64,000 nt of DNA from Myxococcota bacterium (GCA_965250285.1 OZ252299.1:544001-608000), one strand, 5' to 3'. Positions 18,301-28,582 are shown, counted from the stretch's first letter. Numbers and translations: made by a program. The notes: generated by a model not told the origin, from the letters alone.

Positions 18301-18792
18301 CTCGAGGCCTGGGTCGAGCACCTCGCGCTCTGTGCTTCGGGTGTGGCGGGGGAGGCTCCGACGACCCGTCTCGTCGGGCGACCCGAACGAAGAGGAAAGT
18401 CTCCCGAGACGGTCTTCGAGCCCGTGGCCGACGCCCCCGAGCGGCTGGCCGACCTGATCGACATCGCTCGACACCTCGAACACGAAGCGCTGCCGATCTT
18501 CGCCAAGACCTCACGCAAGTACGTGTCGCGTCTGCGGAGTGGCCAGGCCGACGACGAAGAGAAGGAACGTCTCGCGACACTCGACGCCTACGAAGCCTGG
18601 CGGGGTCGAAGCGAGGGCATCGGTGACGACCGCGGCGAGCTGAACGAAGACGCCGAGCTTCGGTATCTCTGGCGCGCCACCGACCCGCTGAAGCGGCCGT
18701 CCGGCGCGGGCGCAGAGGCGCGCTACGCCTTTCGCGCGCTGGCGCAGCGGATCTTCGGCCCCATGCTCGACGCGATGCGGGAGGGTGCATGA
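15382..18792 (+). CDS. recC: exodeoxyribonuclease V gamma subunit
   Basis: HRSNRTEQL, IVVQGQGMGRWL, HPLLASFGRLGRDF, HSPLREIEVL, GGVTFCEMVPMRSIPFRVVCLIGL. Confidence 0.95.
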   Translation: MTVPLAPGFHLHRSNRTEQLLARLVDVVSRPASDDPLASECIVVQGQGMGRWLSMSLSEQLGVWARPAFPFLRRLLDDCADRVLGASPAPSFFEPDTQILAIADLLEAFADDPDFAPVSGYLGEDPGGRRRVQLAERVAQTFDLYTVHRPDLLAGWGEGGSSGPGGVEHRDARWQARLWRALAERAAGPPPEVRWRRLAEALRTGAPALGGLPPRISIFGLSSIPPVAIDVLDALARHVPVHLFVLSPTREFWADLKTKKALWREGIASGGALVRSEAEADVLEGHPLLASFGRLGRDFQTVLESQVDYDEGEDDLFVDPETDPETDPDPETERSAVLGRLQAHMLRLESPHPTDVGEISAARDDSVRVHVTHSPLREIEVLNDQLLHLFEADPTLEPKDVIVMSPDIERHAPLIEAVFAARNAGSAPRIPHRIADRSIVVTREGVAAFLRLLELAEGRCGASEVLDVLALESVRERYGLSAADVTRLEAWIVAAGVRWGIDGAHRVDEGLPDDDTHTWRFGLDRLLLGAAMDPRGDELWAERRPLADLEGDDLRAVGALARFVEDLAWARARLLETRPLSAWRSVFAELVDRCIVRSDDNAHHHQVLRDCFTSLAERSEVAGFDGAIGLAAARHLALRTLRASTPAYGFLSGGVTFCEMVPMRSIPFRVVCLIGLDDGTFPRVRRPLGFDLSALQPRVGDRSPRDDDRALFLEAILSARDKLLLSYVGRDIHDNESRPPSIVVSELLDVLAREVGTKVDDLGPAGWVVEHPLKSFSPSYFDPGRPPGLFSFDAVGLAGARALAAPPRAPTPFLSPSLSIERTADVDVLELSTLARTLRRAARSVLREALEIRVDEGETPERDREPSDLRGLARWSLGDAVLRRSIAGDPPDEAYFDVCVAEGRLPPGELGRALYNEVAGEALELASLVDDEAAREVDLDLEIAGVRLVGRLGGVHAGGRVRATFSRLGGSGDLEAWVEHLALCASGVAGEAPTTRLVGRPERRGKSPETVFEPVADAPERLADLIDIARHLEHEALPIFAKTSRKYVSRLRSGQADDEEKERLATLDAYEAWRGRSEGIGDDRGELNEDAELRYLWRATDPLKRPSGAGAEARYAFRALAQRIFGPMLDAMREGA
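16336..16380 (+). repeat. 12-bp tandem repeat in recC encoding DPETDPETDPDPETE
   Basis: GACCCCGAGACC units read directly. Confidence 0.8.
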
Positions 18793-18859
18793 GCGAGCAC
18801 GACGCGCATGCAGCCCCGGGGTGCATCCGCACCGACATCGGGGCGCGGGGGATCGGAGG

Positions 18860-21800
18860 GTGACGGCGCTCGATGCAAATACGCTGACGCTCGATGGCAC
18901 GCAGTTCATCGAGGCCAGCGCCGGGACCGGCAAGACCTTCACTCTGGCGACGCTGTTCACGCGACTCGTCGTCGAGCGCGGCTTCGACGTGAGCGAGATC
19001 CTCGTGGTGACGTACACCGAGGCGGCGGCGTCCGAGCTGGCCGAGCGCATCCGCGAGCGCCTGCGGCAGGCGAAGGAGGCCGCCGAGGCACGCCGGGCCG
19101 GTCTGGACCCGGGGCCGGTCGAGGCGCCCGTCTTCGCCCTGCTCGATCGGGCCGCCGAACGGCCCGGCGGTCTCGACGAGGCGCACGCGAGGCTCGCGCT
19201 CGCCCTGCACGGCTTCGACGAGCGCGCGATCTCGACGATTCACGGCTTCTGCCTGCGCGCATTGCAGGAGCATGCGTTCGAGAGCGGCGCATCGTTCGAT
19301 CTCGAGCTGGTCGGCGCGGATCGGGAGCTCGTCACCGACGTCGCATGGGATCACTGGTCGAGCACACTGAACGACGCGTCGCCCGCGCTGATCGACGCGC
19401 TGCGCTCGACCCTCGTCGGCGGCGTCGCGCTCGGGCCCGAGCGGATCGGGGAGCTGATCGCGAAGGTCAGCGCCGACCCTCGCCTGGCCGTGCACACCGC
19501 GGCCCCGGCGGAGCCGCTGGACACCGCGATCGACGCGTGGTGGGCGGCCTGGCGCGTCGTCTCGGACGCGTGGTCGGACGATGTCGTCGCGCTGCTGCGT
19601 TCGGGGGCCGTGCATCGCGGGACCTACAACGAGAGTCGGATCGAGAAGAAGTTGCCCGCGCTGATGCGGCGACTCGAGACAGCGCACCTGCCCGGTCTCG
19701 TGGGCGACGAGGCAGTCACGCTCGAGCTGCTCCGGCCCGCCAAGCTCGAGGCGAAGACGGGCAAGAACAAGCCGACCCCTGAGCACGCGGTCTTCGACAC
19801 GATCGACGCGTTGCTCGAGGCCGACACACGCCTGAGCGCGGCGAAGGCGGGGGCGGTGGCGAATGTGCTGCGCGACGCGATCGACCACGGCGTCGCCGCG
19901 CTCGCCGATCGAAAACGCCGCGCCGGGATTCAGTTCTTCGACGATCTGCTGCGCGATCTCGCCGACGCGCTGCGCGGTGAGAACGGCGATGCGCTCGCCG
20001 CGCGAATGCGCGCGCAGACGCCGGTGGCGCTGATCGACGAGTTTCAGGACACCGATCCCGTGCAGTACGAGATCTTCCGCGACGTGTTCACGTCGGCCGG
20101 CTGTCCGATCTTTCTCGTCGGCGATCCGAAGCAGGCGATCTACGGCTTTCGCGGAGCGGACGTGTTCGCGTATCTGCGGGCGCGTCGCGAGAGCGGCGTC
20201 GCGCCGCACGACCTGGCGACGAACTGGCGGAGCGATCCCGGTCTGATCGACGCGGTCAACGCAGTCTTCGGCGACGCGCACCGACCCTTCGTGATCGATG
20301 ACATCGACTACAGACCCGTCGCGGCGCGCCCGAATGCCCGCGACCTGTTCGATGCATCGACCGACGATGTCGGCCCGCCCTTCGAGGTTCTGCGGCTCGA
20401 CGAGTCGCCGCGCGGCGGCGGCTGGGCCAAGGGGCAGGCCGAAGAGGCGGCGGCGCACGTCGTGGCCGAAGACGTCGTGCGCCTGCTCGCGGCCGATACG
20501 GGCGCCGACGGCCGGGCGCTGGGTGCCCGCGACGTCGCGGTGCTCTGCCGTACGCATCGCCAGGGACGTCGCATGAAGAAGACCCTCGACGACTGGGGGG
20601 TCGCGGCGGTCGAGGTCGGCGAGAGCAGCGTGTTCGATTCGGCCGAAGCCGAAGAGCTCGAATGGGTGCTCCGTGGGCTGCTCGCGGCGGGCGATCTACG
20701 TCGCGTGCGGGCGGCGCTCGGCACTCGACTCGTCGGGCTCGATGCGGCCGGGCTCCAGGCGCTCGAAGCCGATCCGGCGGCGTGGGATCCCTGGCTCGGG
20801 CGCCTCGCGCGGTGGCGTGAGCTCTGGCTGTCGCGCGGGATCCTGGCCGCGCTCGAGACTTTGACGGAGGAGACAGGCGCCTTCCCTCGGCTGCTCGAGG
20901 AGGAGGCAGGGGAGCGTGCCGTCACGAACTTCGAGCAGCTCTTCGAGCTGCTGCACGACGCGGCGGGGCGCGACCGCCTCGGCCCCGAGTCGGCGCTCGC
21001 CTGGTTGACGCGCCAACGCCTCGATCCCGGCGCGCGCGACCACAGCGCGCGCGAGCAGGCCAAGATCCGACTCGAGTCGGACGCAGATGCCGTTCAGATC
21101 GTGACGGTCCATGCGAGCAAGGGACTCGAGTATCCCGTCGTCTACTGCCCCTTTCTGTTCGACCCGGCTGATCCGATGGGCGCCGAGCGCAGTTGGGTGC
21201 GTTTTCACGACGAAGCGAACGATGGTCGAGGCGCAGTCGACCTCGGCTCGGACGCGTTCGACGCGCACGCGCGCGAGGCCGAGCGCGAGCTTCTCGCCGA
21301 GCATGTGCGGCTGCTCTACGTCGCACTCACGCGCGCGGCGCATCGCTGTGTGGTGGTCTGGGGGCGACTCGCCAAGCGCGCGGGACAGCATCGCTCGGCG
21401 CTCGCGTATCTCTTGCATCAACCCGAGCCCGACGTCGATGCCGTCGCTGCTGACTGGGTCAGCGTGGTGCAGGCGAGGGCCGAGGGCATCGAGCTCGAAG
21501 ACTTCGACGCTGACCTCGCCCGCCTCGAAGCGCGTGCAGGCGGCGCGGTTCGCATTCGGGGCGTCGCGTCGGGGACGCCGCCCGACAAGGCCCGCGTCGT
21601 GCCCGAGGCGCCCGAACTCGAAGCGCTCCACGCAGCGCGCGTCCTCGACGCTCAGCGGCGGACGTCGAGCTTCTCTGGGCTCGTCTCGGCCGCGAAGCGG
21701 AGCGCGCTCGAGCGGGGCGACACGCTCACGACACCCGTCCGCGACGTGGCGCCGAGCGATGAGGGGCTCGACCACGATGCCCGGCTTCAGACTTCGGTCG

Positions 21801-22648
21801 ACCCCGCTGCGATCGAGCCCGGTGTCGCCCGGCCCGACGACGAGGCGCACGCGATCGCCCTCGCCGACTTTCCGGCGGGCGCCCTCGTCGGTACCGCCGT
21901 ACACGGTGCGCTCGAGCACCTCGACTTCGAACGCGCGGTCGACCCCGCGGCGCTCGCCGGCGTCCGCGCAAGGCTCGAGCAGGGCGGCGTGCCGGCGAGC
22001 TACGCCGCCCAGTTCGCTGCGGCTGTCCCCGCACTCGTCGCCGCGCCGCTCGCTGGCGGCGCGGGCGCGCCGCGATTGTGCGACGTCGCGCTGTCCCACC
22101 GCGTCGACGAGATGGAGTTCATCGTACCCGTCGCCGCCGGGCATGCAGGCGAGGCCGCGTCGGGTGCAGTGACGCCGAGCGATCTCGCCCGGGTCTTCGA
22201 TCGTCACGCGACGCGCGACTACGTGAAGGCGTATGCCGAGCGGCTGGGTCGGCTCGACTTTCTGCCGCTGGAGGGCTTCCTCAAGGGCTACGTCGACCTC
22301 GTGTTCAGGCGAGGCGAGCGGTATCACGTGGTCGACTACAAATCGAATCTTCTCGGTGGGCGCGTGCGTGACTACGCACCGGATCGGCTCGTCGCGCCCA
22401 TGCTCGAACACGACTACGTCCTGCAATACCACCTCTATGTCGTGGCGCTGCATCGCCAGCTCGGCTGGCGGCTCGATGGGTACGACTACGAGCGGCACGT
22501 GGGGGACGTCTTCTATCTCTTTCTGCGCGGGCTCTCCGTCGATCACCCCGTCGGGACCGGCGTCTACGCCGATCGCCCGCCGCTCGAGCTGGTCGAGGCG
22601 CTGTCCGACCTGTTCGGCGCCCCGCGCCGCGTCGAGGGGCTCGCATGA
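18860..22648 (+). CDS. recB: exodeoxyribonuclease V beta subunit (helicase/nuclease)
   Basis: IEASAGTGKT Walker A, LIDEFQDTD, VGDPKQAIYGFRGAD, TVHASKGLEY, LLYVALTRA, nuclease GYVDLV...VDYKS. Confidence 0.95.
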   Translation: MTALDANTLTLDGTQFIEASAGTGKTFTLATLFTRLVVERGFDVSEILVVTYTEAAASELAERIRERLRQAKEAAEARRAGLDPGPVEAPVFALLDRAAERPGGLDEAHARLALALHGFDERAISTIHGFCLRALQEHAFESGASFDLELVGADRELVTDVAWDHWSSTLNDASPALIDALRSTLVGGVALGPERIGELIAKVSADPRLAVHTAAPAEPLDTAIDAWWAAWRVVSDAWSDDVVALLRSGAVHRGTYNESRIEKKLPALMRRLETAHLPGLVGDEAVTLELLRPAKLEAKTGKNKPTPEHAVFDTIDALLEADTRLSAAKAGAVANVLRDAIDHGVAALADRKRRAGIQFFDDLLRDLADALRGENGDALAARMRAQTPVALIDEFQDTDPVQYEIFRDVFTSAGCPIFLVGDPKQAIYGFRGADVFAYLRARRESGVAPHDLATNWRSDPGLIDAVNAVFGDAHRPFVIDDIDYRPVAARPNARDLFDASTDDVGPPFEVLRLDESPRGGGWAKGQAEEAAAHVVAEDVVRLLAADTGADGRALGARDVAVLCRTHRQGRRMKKTLDDWGVAAVEVGESSVFDSAEAEELEWVLRGLLAAGDLRRVRAALGTRLVGLDAAGLQALEADPAAWDPWLGRLARWRELWLSRGILAALETLTEETGAFPRLLEEEAGERAVTNFEQLFELLHDAAGRDRLGPESALAWLTRQRLDPGARDHSAREQAKIRLESDADAVQIVTVHASKGLEYPVVYCPFLFDPADPMGAERSWVRFHDEANDGRGAVDLGSDAFDAHAREAERELLAEHVRLLYVALTRAAHRCVVVWGRLAKRAGQHRSALAYLLHQPEPDVDAVAADWVSVVQARAEGIELEDFDADLARLEARAGGAVRIRGVASGTPPDKARVVPEAPELEALHAARVLDAQRRTSSFSGLVSAAKRSALERGDTLTTPVRDVAPSDEGLDHDARLQTSVDPAAIEPGVARPDDEAHAIALADFPAGALVGTAVHGALEHLDFERAVDPAALAGVRARLEQGGVPASYAAQFAAAVPALVAAPLAGGAGAPRLCDVALSHRVDEMEFIVPVAAGHAGEAASGAVTPSDLARVFDRHATRDYVKAYAERLGRLDFLPLEGFLKGYVDLVFRRGERYHVVDYKSNLLGGRVRDYAPDRLVAPMLEHDYVLQYHLYVVALHRQLGWRLDGYDYERHVGDVFYLFLRGLSVDHPVGTGVYADRPPLELVEALSDLFGAPRRVEGLA

Positions 22649-24447
22649 AGCCGACCCTCTTCGATCTCGAGCAGGCCGGATGGATCGCGCCCGCCGATGC
22701 GGCGCTCGCGCGAACGCTGGCGCGGCTCGCGGGCGTCGCGCCCGCAGACGATGCGGCGCTCGCCGTGGCCCTCGTCAGCCAGCAGGTCCGAGCCGGCCAT
22801 GTCTGCCTCGCGCTCGATGCGCCGCCGTCGATCGAAGAGCTCGCCGGCGACGCCGGGGGCGACGAGGTGCGCGGCGACTGGCGCTGGCCCGAACCGGGCG
22901 CCTGGCGTGATGCGCTCGAGGCCACCGCGCTCGTCGGGCCGCACCCGGGCGAGGGCGAGTCGGTGTCACCGCGTCGTCCGCTCGTGCTCGATGTCGAGGG
23001 GCGTCTCTACTTGACCCGCTACTTCGAGCACGAGCAGCGCCTGGCCGGCGAGCTGATCGCGCGCACCGGCGAGGTCGAAGGTGTCGACGCCGATGTGCTC
23101 GCGCGCGGGCTCGATCGCATCTTCGGCGCCGCTCGGGGGGACGAGCGCGACGCCCAGCGTCACGCCGCCGAGACCGCCGTGCGCCAGCGTCTGTGCGTGA
23201 TCACCGGTGGGCCGGGCACCGGCAAGACGTCGACGGTGGCGGCGGTGCTCGCGCTCGCCGTCGAGCAGGCGCTCGCCGCCGGCGCCCCTGCCCCCCGCAT
23301 CCTGCTGATCGCGCCGACGGGCAAGGCGGCGGCGGCGCTCACCGAGGGGCTCGAACGCGCACTCGGCGGACTCGATTGCGACGATGCGGTGCGCGAGGCG
23401 ATCCCGGCCGAGGCGTCCACGGTGCACCGCGCGTTGGGGGTGCTCGGAGGCGTCGGCGCGCGCTTTCGACATGGGGCGGATACGCCCTGGCCGGCCGACC
23501 TGGTCGTGCTCGACGAGGCGTCGATGGTCGACCTCTCGTTGATGCGACGCCTCGTCGACGCCGTCCCCGAGACGGCGCGGCTCGTGATGATGGGCGACGC
23601 CGATCAGCTCGCTTCGGTCGAGGCGGGCGCGGTCCTCGGCGACGTGTGCGGCGCGGGGCTCGAGGACGTCGCCGATGGGGCGATCGAGTCGGGGATCGTG
23701 CGACTGCTCGTCAGCTATCGCTTCGCGGCGGACAGTGGTGTGGGTGGGCTCGCGCGCGCGATCCACGCGGGCGACGCGGCGGCAGCCATCGACGTGCTCG
23801 AAGATCCAGCGCGGCCCGATGTCAGCTGGATCGACGATGCCGGCGACGTCTGGCCCGATGCGGTCGAGCGCGCGCTCGCCGACGGCTACGCCTCGTTTCG
23901 GGCGGCGCGCGACCTCGACGCGGCGCTCGGGGTGCTCGGCGAGTTCCGCGTTCTCTGCCCGCATCGCGCGGGGCCGCGCGGCGTCGAGGCCTTCAACCGG
24001 GTGCTCGGCGCGCAGGTGGAGCGGGACGCGTCGGGGTTCGTCGCCGAGCCGATCCTGATCGAGCGCAACGACTACGCGGCTGAGCTCTTCAATGGCGACA
24101 TGGGTGTCCGCGCGACCGCTTCGGAGCGCCTGGCCGGGCAGGGCGCCCGCTTCGTGGGCCGCGAGGGTCGCCCTCGCAGCCTATCGGAGCTGCGGCTGCC
24201 CCCGCACGCGCCGTGCTGGGCGATGAGCGTGCACAAGAGCCAGGGCAGCGAATTCGACGCCGTGCTCGTCGCGCTGCCCGAACGGTCGAGTCCCCTGCTG
24301 ACGCGAGAGATGCTCTACACGGCGGTTACGCGCGCGCGGCAGCGGGTCGTGGTCTGGGGGGGCCGGGCGCAGCTCGTCGAGTGCATCGAGCGGCGCGTGC
24401 AGCGGCGCTCGGGTTTGCGCGACGCGCTGTGGTCGCCGCGGGCGTGA
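22645..24447 (+). CDS. recD: exodeoxyribonuclease V alpha subunit
   Basis: ITGGPGTGKT, LDEASMVD, GDADQLASVEAG, SVHKSQGSEF, LYTAVTRA; ATGA overlap with recB. Confidence 0.95.
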   Translation: MKPTLFDLEQAGWIAPADAALARTLARLAGVAPADDAALAVALVSQQVRAGHVCLALDAPPSIEELAGDAGGDEVRGDWRWPEPGAWRDALEATALVGPHPGEGESVSPRRPLVLDVEGRLYLTRYFEHEQRLAGELIARTGEVEGVDADVLARGLDRIFGAARGDERDAQRHAAETAVRQRLCVITGGPGTGKTSTVAAVLALAVEQALAAGAPAPRILLIAPTGKAAAALTEGLERALGGLDCDDAVREAIPAEASTVHRALGVLGGVGARFRHGADTPWPADLVVLDEASMVDLSLMRRLVDAVPETARLVMMGDADQLASVEAGAVLGDVCGAGLEDVADGAIESGIVRLLVSYRFAADSGVGGLARAIHAGDAAAAIDVLEDPARPDVSWIDDAGDVWPDAVERALADGYASFRAARDLDAALGVLGEFRVLCPHRAGPRGVEAFNRVLGAQVERDASGFVAEPILIERNDYAAELFNGDMGVRATASERLAGQGARFVGREGRPRSLSELRLPPHAPCWAMSVHKSQGSEFDAVLVALPERSSPLLTREMLYTAVTRARQRVVVWGGRAQLVECIERRVQRRSGLRDALWSPRA

Positions 24448-24500
24448 CGCTCGGGTGCGGGCCGCGGCCCCTCGCTCGGAGACGGCGGCGCCGGTCGGGT

Positions 24501-24929
24501 TCAGACGAAGAAGATGCTGAACAGACCGGCCAGGGCGACGATCGCAAGCACAGCCACCTTGGGCAGGTCGTCTTCGATGAACGTCAGGCCAGCGAGGCCG
24601 CCCGAGTACGCGAGCATGGCCACGAAGTTGACCCAGTCGCCCGTCTGTGACGACGCCATTCCGCCCATCACGAGGCCGTACGCCATGAAGGCGAGCAGGG
24701 CGTAGCGCACCCACGTGAGGCGCGCGTCTCGTGCCGCGATGAGCAGGGCGACCGCGAAGGCGAGCTCGAAGTAGGTGACGCGGCGCAGGAACAGGAACAT
24801 CAGCATCGCTGCGATGAGCAGCACACCGGCGGCGACGCGCGGGCCGGTGATCAGGCCCTTCGCCGCGGTCGCGGCTTCGGTGTTCGGGCTGACTTCGGCG
24901 GGCTCGGAAGTGTCGGTCGGCTGGGTCAT
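24501..24929 (-). CDS. hypothetical integral membrane protein
   Basis: Several hydrophobic segments; ATGA overlap with the kinase stop. Confidence 0.65.
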   Translation of the reverse strand: MTQPTDTSEPAEVSPNTEAATAAKGLITGPRVAAGVLLIAAMLMFLFLRRVTYFELAFAVALLIAARDARLTWVRYALLAFMAYGLVMGGMASSQTGDWVNFVAMLAYSGGLAGLTFIEDDLPKVAVLAIVALAGLFSIFFV

Positions 24930-27900
24930 TGGCCTTGCTGGGCTGCCTGTGCGGTGGCATCGACCATCGACTGGAGGGCCTGTGCGACCTCGTCGGCAGA
25001 CTGGATGCGTGCGTCGGGATCCTTCTCGATCAGCTTCATGATGAGGGCGGCCAGGGGCGCGGGCAAGTCCTGCTTGAAGGTCCGGGGATCGGGCGCCGGC
25101 GTATTGCGGTGATGATAGGTGATGTCGCCCTCGGTGAAGGGCAGGGCCCCCGTCGACATCTGGTAGAGCGTGATGCCGAGCGCATAGAGGTCGGCGCGGT
25201 GGTCGACCGATTCGCCGGTCGCCTGCTCGGGCGCCATGTAGTACGGCGTCCCCCCGATGACCGTCGCGCCCTTGCGCACTTCCTCGACCATCTTCGCGAG
25301 ACCGAAGTCCATGATCTTGACGATCTTGTCTCGGGTCAGGAACAGATTCGCCGTCTTGATGTCGCGGTGGATGATCTTGTTGCGGTGCGCGTAGGCGAGG
25401 CCGGTCGAGATCTGGATGCCGAGTCGCGCCACCACGATGGGCGGGAGCACCTTGTGCTTCTCCATCACGTCGTCGAGCGGCGTACCCTCGAGCATCTCCA
25501 TTGAGATGAAGTAGGTGTCGGCTTCCTGTCCGGCATCGAAGATCGTCACGATGTTCGGGTGGTTGAGTGCGGCGGCCGAACGCGCCTCGCGCTCGAAGAA
25601 CTTGACCGCCGCCGGGTGGTTCTTGAGGTTGTCGGGCAGCTGCTTCAATGCGACGACGCGCCCGAGGTGCGTATCGCGCGCCTTGTACACGATGCCCATG
25701 CCACCGCGGCCGAGCTCGTCGATCAGCTCGTAGCGGCTCTCTGCGCTGCCGAGCCCCGTCTCGCCCGGATCGGCGCCGAGCGGCGGCATCGAGCCCCCCA
25801 TCGAGGGTGACTGCTCGTTGACCCGCGTCGCCTCTTCGTCGGCCGAGATCGCCGCCTTCAGCGTCTCGATGCGCGTGTTTACGTCGCGGTAGTTCAGATC
25901 CTTGCGCCGCACGGCCGAGAGCGCATCGAGCGCGTCCGCCTTGCGTCCGAGACCCTCGAGCAGCGAGCCGTAGGTCTCGGCTTGCTCGACGTCGAAGTGA
26001 TCGATGCCGTCGATCTGTTGGGCTTCGTCGAACTTCTCGAGTGCGAAGTCGGTGTTGCCTCGCTTCGCCAGGATGACCCCCAGCTCTCGACTCACCTCGC
26101 CGTAGCTGAGATCCCCACGCCCGACCTGTTGGAAGTTGTGGATCGCGCGGTCTTCTTCGCCGCGGTCGAGGCAGATGCGGCCCGCCTCGAGGTAGTCGCC
26201 GTTTCGTTCGAGCAGCGACAGGGCGGTGTCGGTGTCACCGAGCTTCTTGTAGCACTTGATCGCGCGCTCGTAGTCCTCGTCGGCTTCGAAGTTGCGTGCA
26301 GCCGCGACCCAATCGCCGGCCTCGGCGTGGATGCGCGCGGCGCGCCCATACTCACCCGTCTCTTCATAGAGCTGCGCCGACTCCTGGCCGACCTCGTGCC
26401 CTTCGAGCAGCGCGGTCGCGTCTTCCTTGCGGCCCGCTGCGGCGAGCTCTCGGCTTGCTTCGACGATGCGTCCGGACCGCTCGAACTCGCGCGCGCGGAT
26501 CGCGTGGGCCGACTCCTTGAGTCCTGCGCGCTCGAGCGCATCCGCTGCGCCGAGGTAGTCACCCTCCATGTACGGGGCGACGGCTTCGGCGCAGCCGGTG
26601 AAGACGCATCCGGCCTCCTGGGCCATGTCGACGACGAGCTGCATCGGTGAGAACGAAGTGATCGACAGTTCGCGCTCGGCGACGCGATCGTCGTCGCCGA
26701 TGACGGCGACGAACTCGCCCTGGCCGAGGTAGAGGAAGCCGCTGCCGCCCGATACGAAGCGATTCGAGTCGGGCTGATCCTTGACGCCGAGCGACGCCGA
26801 TTGGACGGGATCCTCACCTCGGAAGATCTGCACCTCGACCGGGCAATCCTTGGGGCGCAGATCGAACTCGACGCGCGCCTCCTTGCCCTTGGTGACGACG
26901 ACGCGTCGCTCTTCGAGGAAGTCGCCCACGAGCTCGCCCGACACCGAGTGCAGCAGAGGGCCGCGCACGGTGACGTAGTAGGGCTTCTTGCGGGCCATCA
27001 CCCACGTGAAGAGCGTGTCCTCGCCGTCGTCGAGGCGCTTCTCGCCCCGCTTCAGATTGCGCAGGTGCTGATTGAATTCGCCCTGCGCGTTCTCTTTCGT
27101 CGTCTTCGCGCTCGAGACCACGTTGCGCGGGCGCTTCGTGACCGACGCCGAGAACAGCGACTTCGTGTTCTCGGGCAGGTTGACGCGCACCGCGACGGTG
27201 CCGAAGCCGCGCAGGCTGGGGATCAGCAGCAGGATGAAGATCGCGATGAAGGGCAGGGCGGCCCGGTAATTCGGCTGCCCGTGCGCGAGCAGGCCGCCGT
27301 CGACACAGGTCTTGTGTGCGAGAATGCGGACGTCTTCGGGGAACTGGCCACTCAGCCGGCGCAGCTCGACCTGCATCCCGCCTTCCTCGCCACACTGTCC
27401 GGGGGTGAAGATCGTGGGCCGCGAGATCACGGCGGCAAACATCGCGTCGGAGATCATCGCTTCGTTCATCGTGGCGATGAGGCCCGCGTCGAGCGCGCGC
27501 TTGCTGCCGAAGTCGAAGATGACGCCCACCGAACCCGCCGGCAGCGCCTGGTAGAGCGGCTGGGTCACGCGGTCGTAGTGGGGGTCGACGGCTTGCTGCA
27601 GCGCGACGGCGAACTTGCGCTTGTCGAGCTTCATCGGCCAGACCCACTCGAGGATCCGATCCTGCATCGAGAGGTTCTCGGTCACGCCGAGCACGACGAC
27701 GCGGTCTTCACCCGGCACCATCGGCGAGAAGCCCTCGACGAGCTCCTGCATCTGGGCGACGAACGGGTCGTTGCTGCGCTGCATCCCGCCGGCGCCCCCG
27801 AGGTCGGCCTGGAGCGTCTCGGCGCCGCCGAGCAGGTCGACGAAGCCGCGCTGCTTCGCCGCCGCGCCCTCTTTGCCATTGGCTTCGTAGACGTCGGCCA

Positions 27901-28522
27901 GCTCGTCGCGCAGCCCGGCGTTCGTGGGATCGAGCCGGATCGCCTTCTCGAGCGACTCTTCGGCCTTGGTGAGGTCGCCGAGCTTCTGGTGCGCCTCGGA
28001 CAGCTCCTGCAGGCCTTCGACCGTGGCACCCTCGAGCTCCTGGGCTTCGATCAGCAGCGGGACGGCGCCGGCTGCGTCGCCCTGCGCATTCATCGCCTTG
28101 GCCAGGCCGCGCTTCGCCGCGGCATTGGTCGGGTCGGTTGCGACGGCCTGCTCGAGGAACTCGCGCGCCTCGTTCGGCTCGTCCTTCTTCAGGTAGATGT
28201 CACCGAGCTTCATCATCGCGCCCGGATCGTTGGGGTCGAGCTCGAGGGCGCGCATGTACGAATCCTGCGCCTGCTGCACCTGCTCGAGCGTCTCGAAGGC
28301 GCTACCGAGGTTCAGCTGACGGGTCGCGCTCTCGCCGCCCTGGGCGATGGCCTGCTCGAAGTGCGTCGCGGCTTGCTGGCCCTGGCCCGTGTCGAGCGCG
28401 AGGTCACCGAGCTCGTCGGCGGCCGAGGCGGCGATCGAAGGATCGAGGCGCGCGGCCTCCTCGAAATGATGCGCGGCCGACTCGGCCTGCAGCATCTCGC
28501 CTGCGAGCTTGCCGGCCTCCAT
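24926..28522 (-). CDS. TPR-repeat membrane Ser/Thr (Hanks-type) protein kinase, downstream part of an interrupted ORF
   Basis: LGRGGMGIVY, VALK, HRDIKTAN, DFG, GTPYYMAPE; multiple TPRs; one TM (ALPFIAIFILLLIP). Confidence 0.9.
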   Translation of the reverse strand: MEAGKLAGEMLQAESAAHHFEEAARLDPSIAASAADELGDLALDTGQGQQAATHFEQAIAQGGESATRQLNLGSAFETLEQVQQAQDSYMRALELDPNDPGAMMKLGDIYLKKDEPNEAREFLEQAVATDPTNAAAKRGLAKAMNAQGDAAGAVPLLIEAQELEGATVEGLQELSEAHQKLGDLTKAEESLEKAIRLDPTNAGLRDELADVYEANGKEGAAAKQRGFVDLLGGAETLQADLGGAGGMQRSNDPFVAQMQELVEGFSPMVPGEDRVVVLGVTENLSMQDRILEWVWPMKLDKRKFAVALQQAVDPHYDRVTQPLYQALPAGSVGVIFDFGSKRALDAGLIATMNEAMISDAMFAAVISRPTIFTPGQCGEEGGMQVELRRLSGQFPEDVRILAHKTCVDGGLLAHGQPNYRAALPFIAIFILLLIPSLRGFGTVAVRVNLPENTKSLFSASVTKRPRNVVSSAKTTKENAQGEFNQHLRNLKRGEKRLDDGEDTLFTWVMARKKPYYVTVRGPLLHSVSGELVGDFLEERRVVVTKGKEARVEFDLRPKDCPVEVQIFRGEDPVQSASLGVKDQPDSNRFVSGGSGFLYLGQGEFVAVIGDDDRVAERELSITSFSPMQLVVDMAQEAGCVFTGCAEAVAPYMEGDYLGAADALERAGLKESAHAIRAREFERSGRIVEASRELAAAGRKEDATALLEGHEVGQESAQLYEETGEYGRAARIHAEAGDWVAAARNFEADEDYERAIKCYKKLGDTDTALSLLERNGDYLEAGRICLDRGEEDRAIHNFQQVGRGDLSYGEVSRELGVILAKRGNTDFALEKFDEAQQIDGIDHFDVEQAETYGSLLEGLGRKADALDALSAVRRKDLNYRDVNTRIETLKAAISADEEATRVNEQSPSMGGSMPPLGADPGETGLGSAESRYELIDELGRGGMGIVYKARDTHLGRVVALKQLPDNLKNHPAAVKFFEREARSAAALNHPNIVTIFDAGQEADTYFISMEMLEGTPLDDVMEKHKVLPPIVVARLGIQISTGLAYAHRNKIIHRDIKTANLFLTRDKIVKIMDFGLAKMVEEVRKGATVIGGTPYYMAPEQATGESVDHRADLYALGITLYQMSTGALPFTEGDITYHHRNTPAPDPRTFKQDLPAPLAALIMKLIEKDPDARIQSADEVAQALQSMVDATAQAAQQGQ

Positions 28523-28582
28523 GTGCGCGGCGGCGCGCTCGATCGGCGCGCCGACGCTCGTGAGTGCGTTGGCCGTGGGGAC

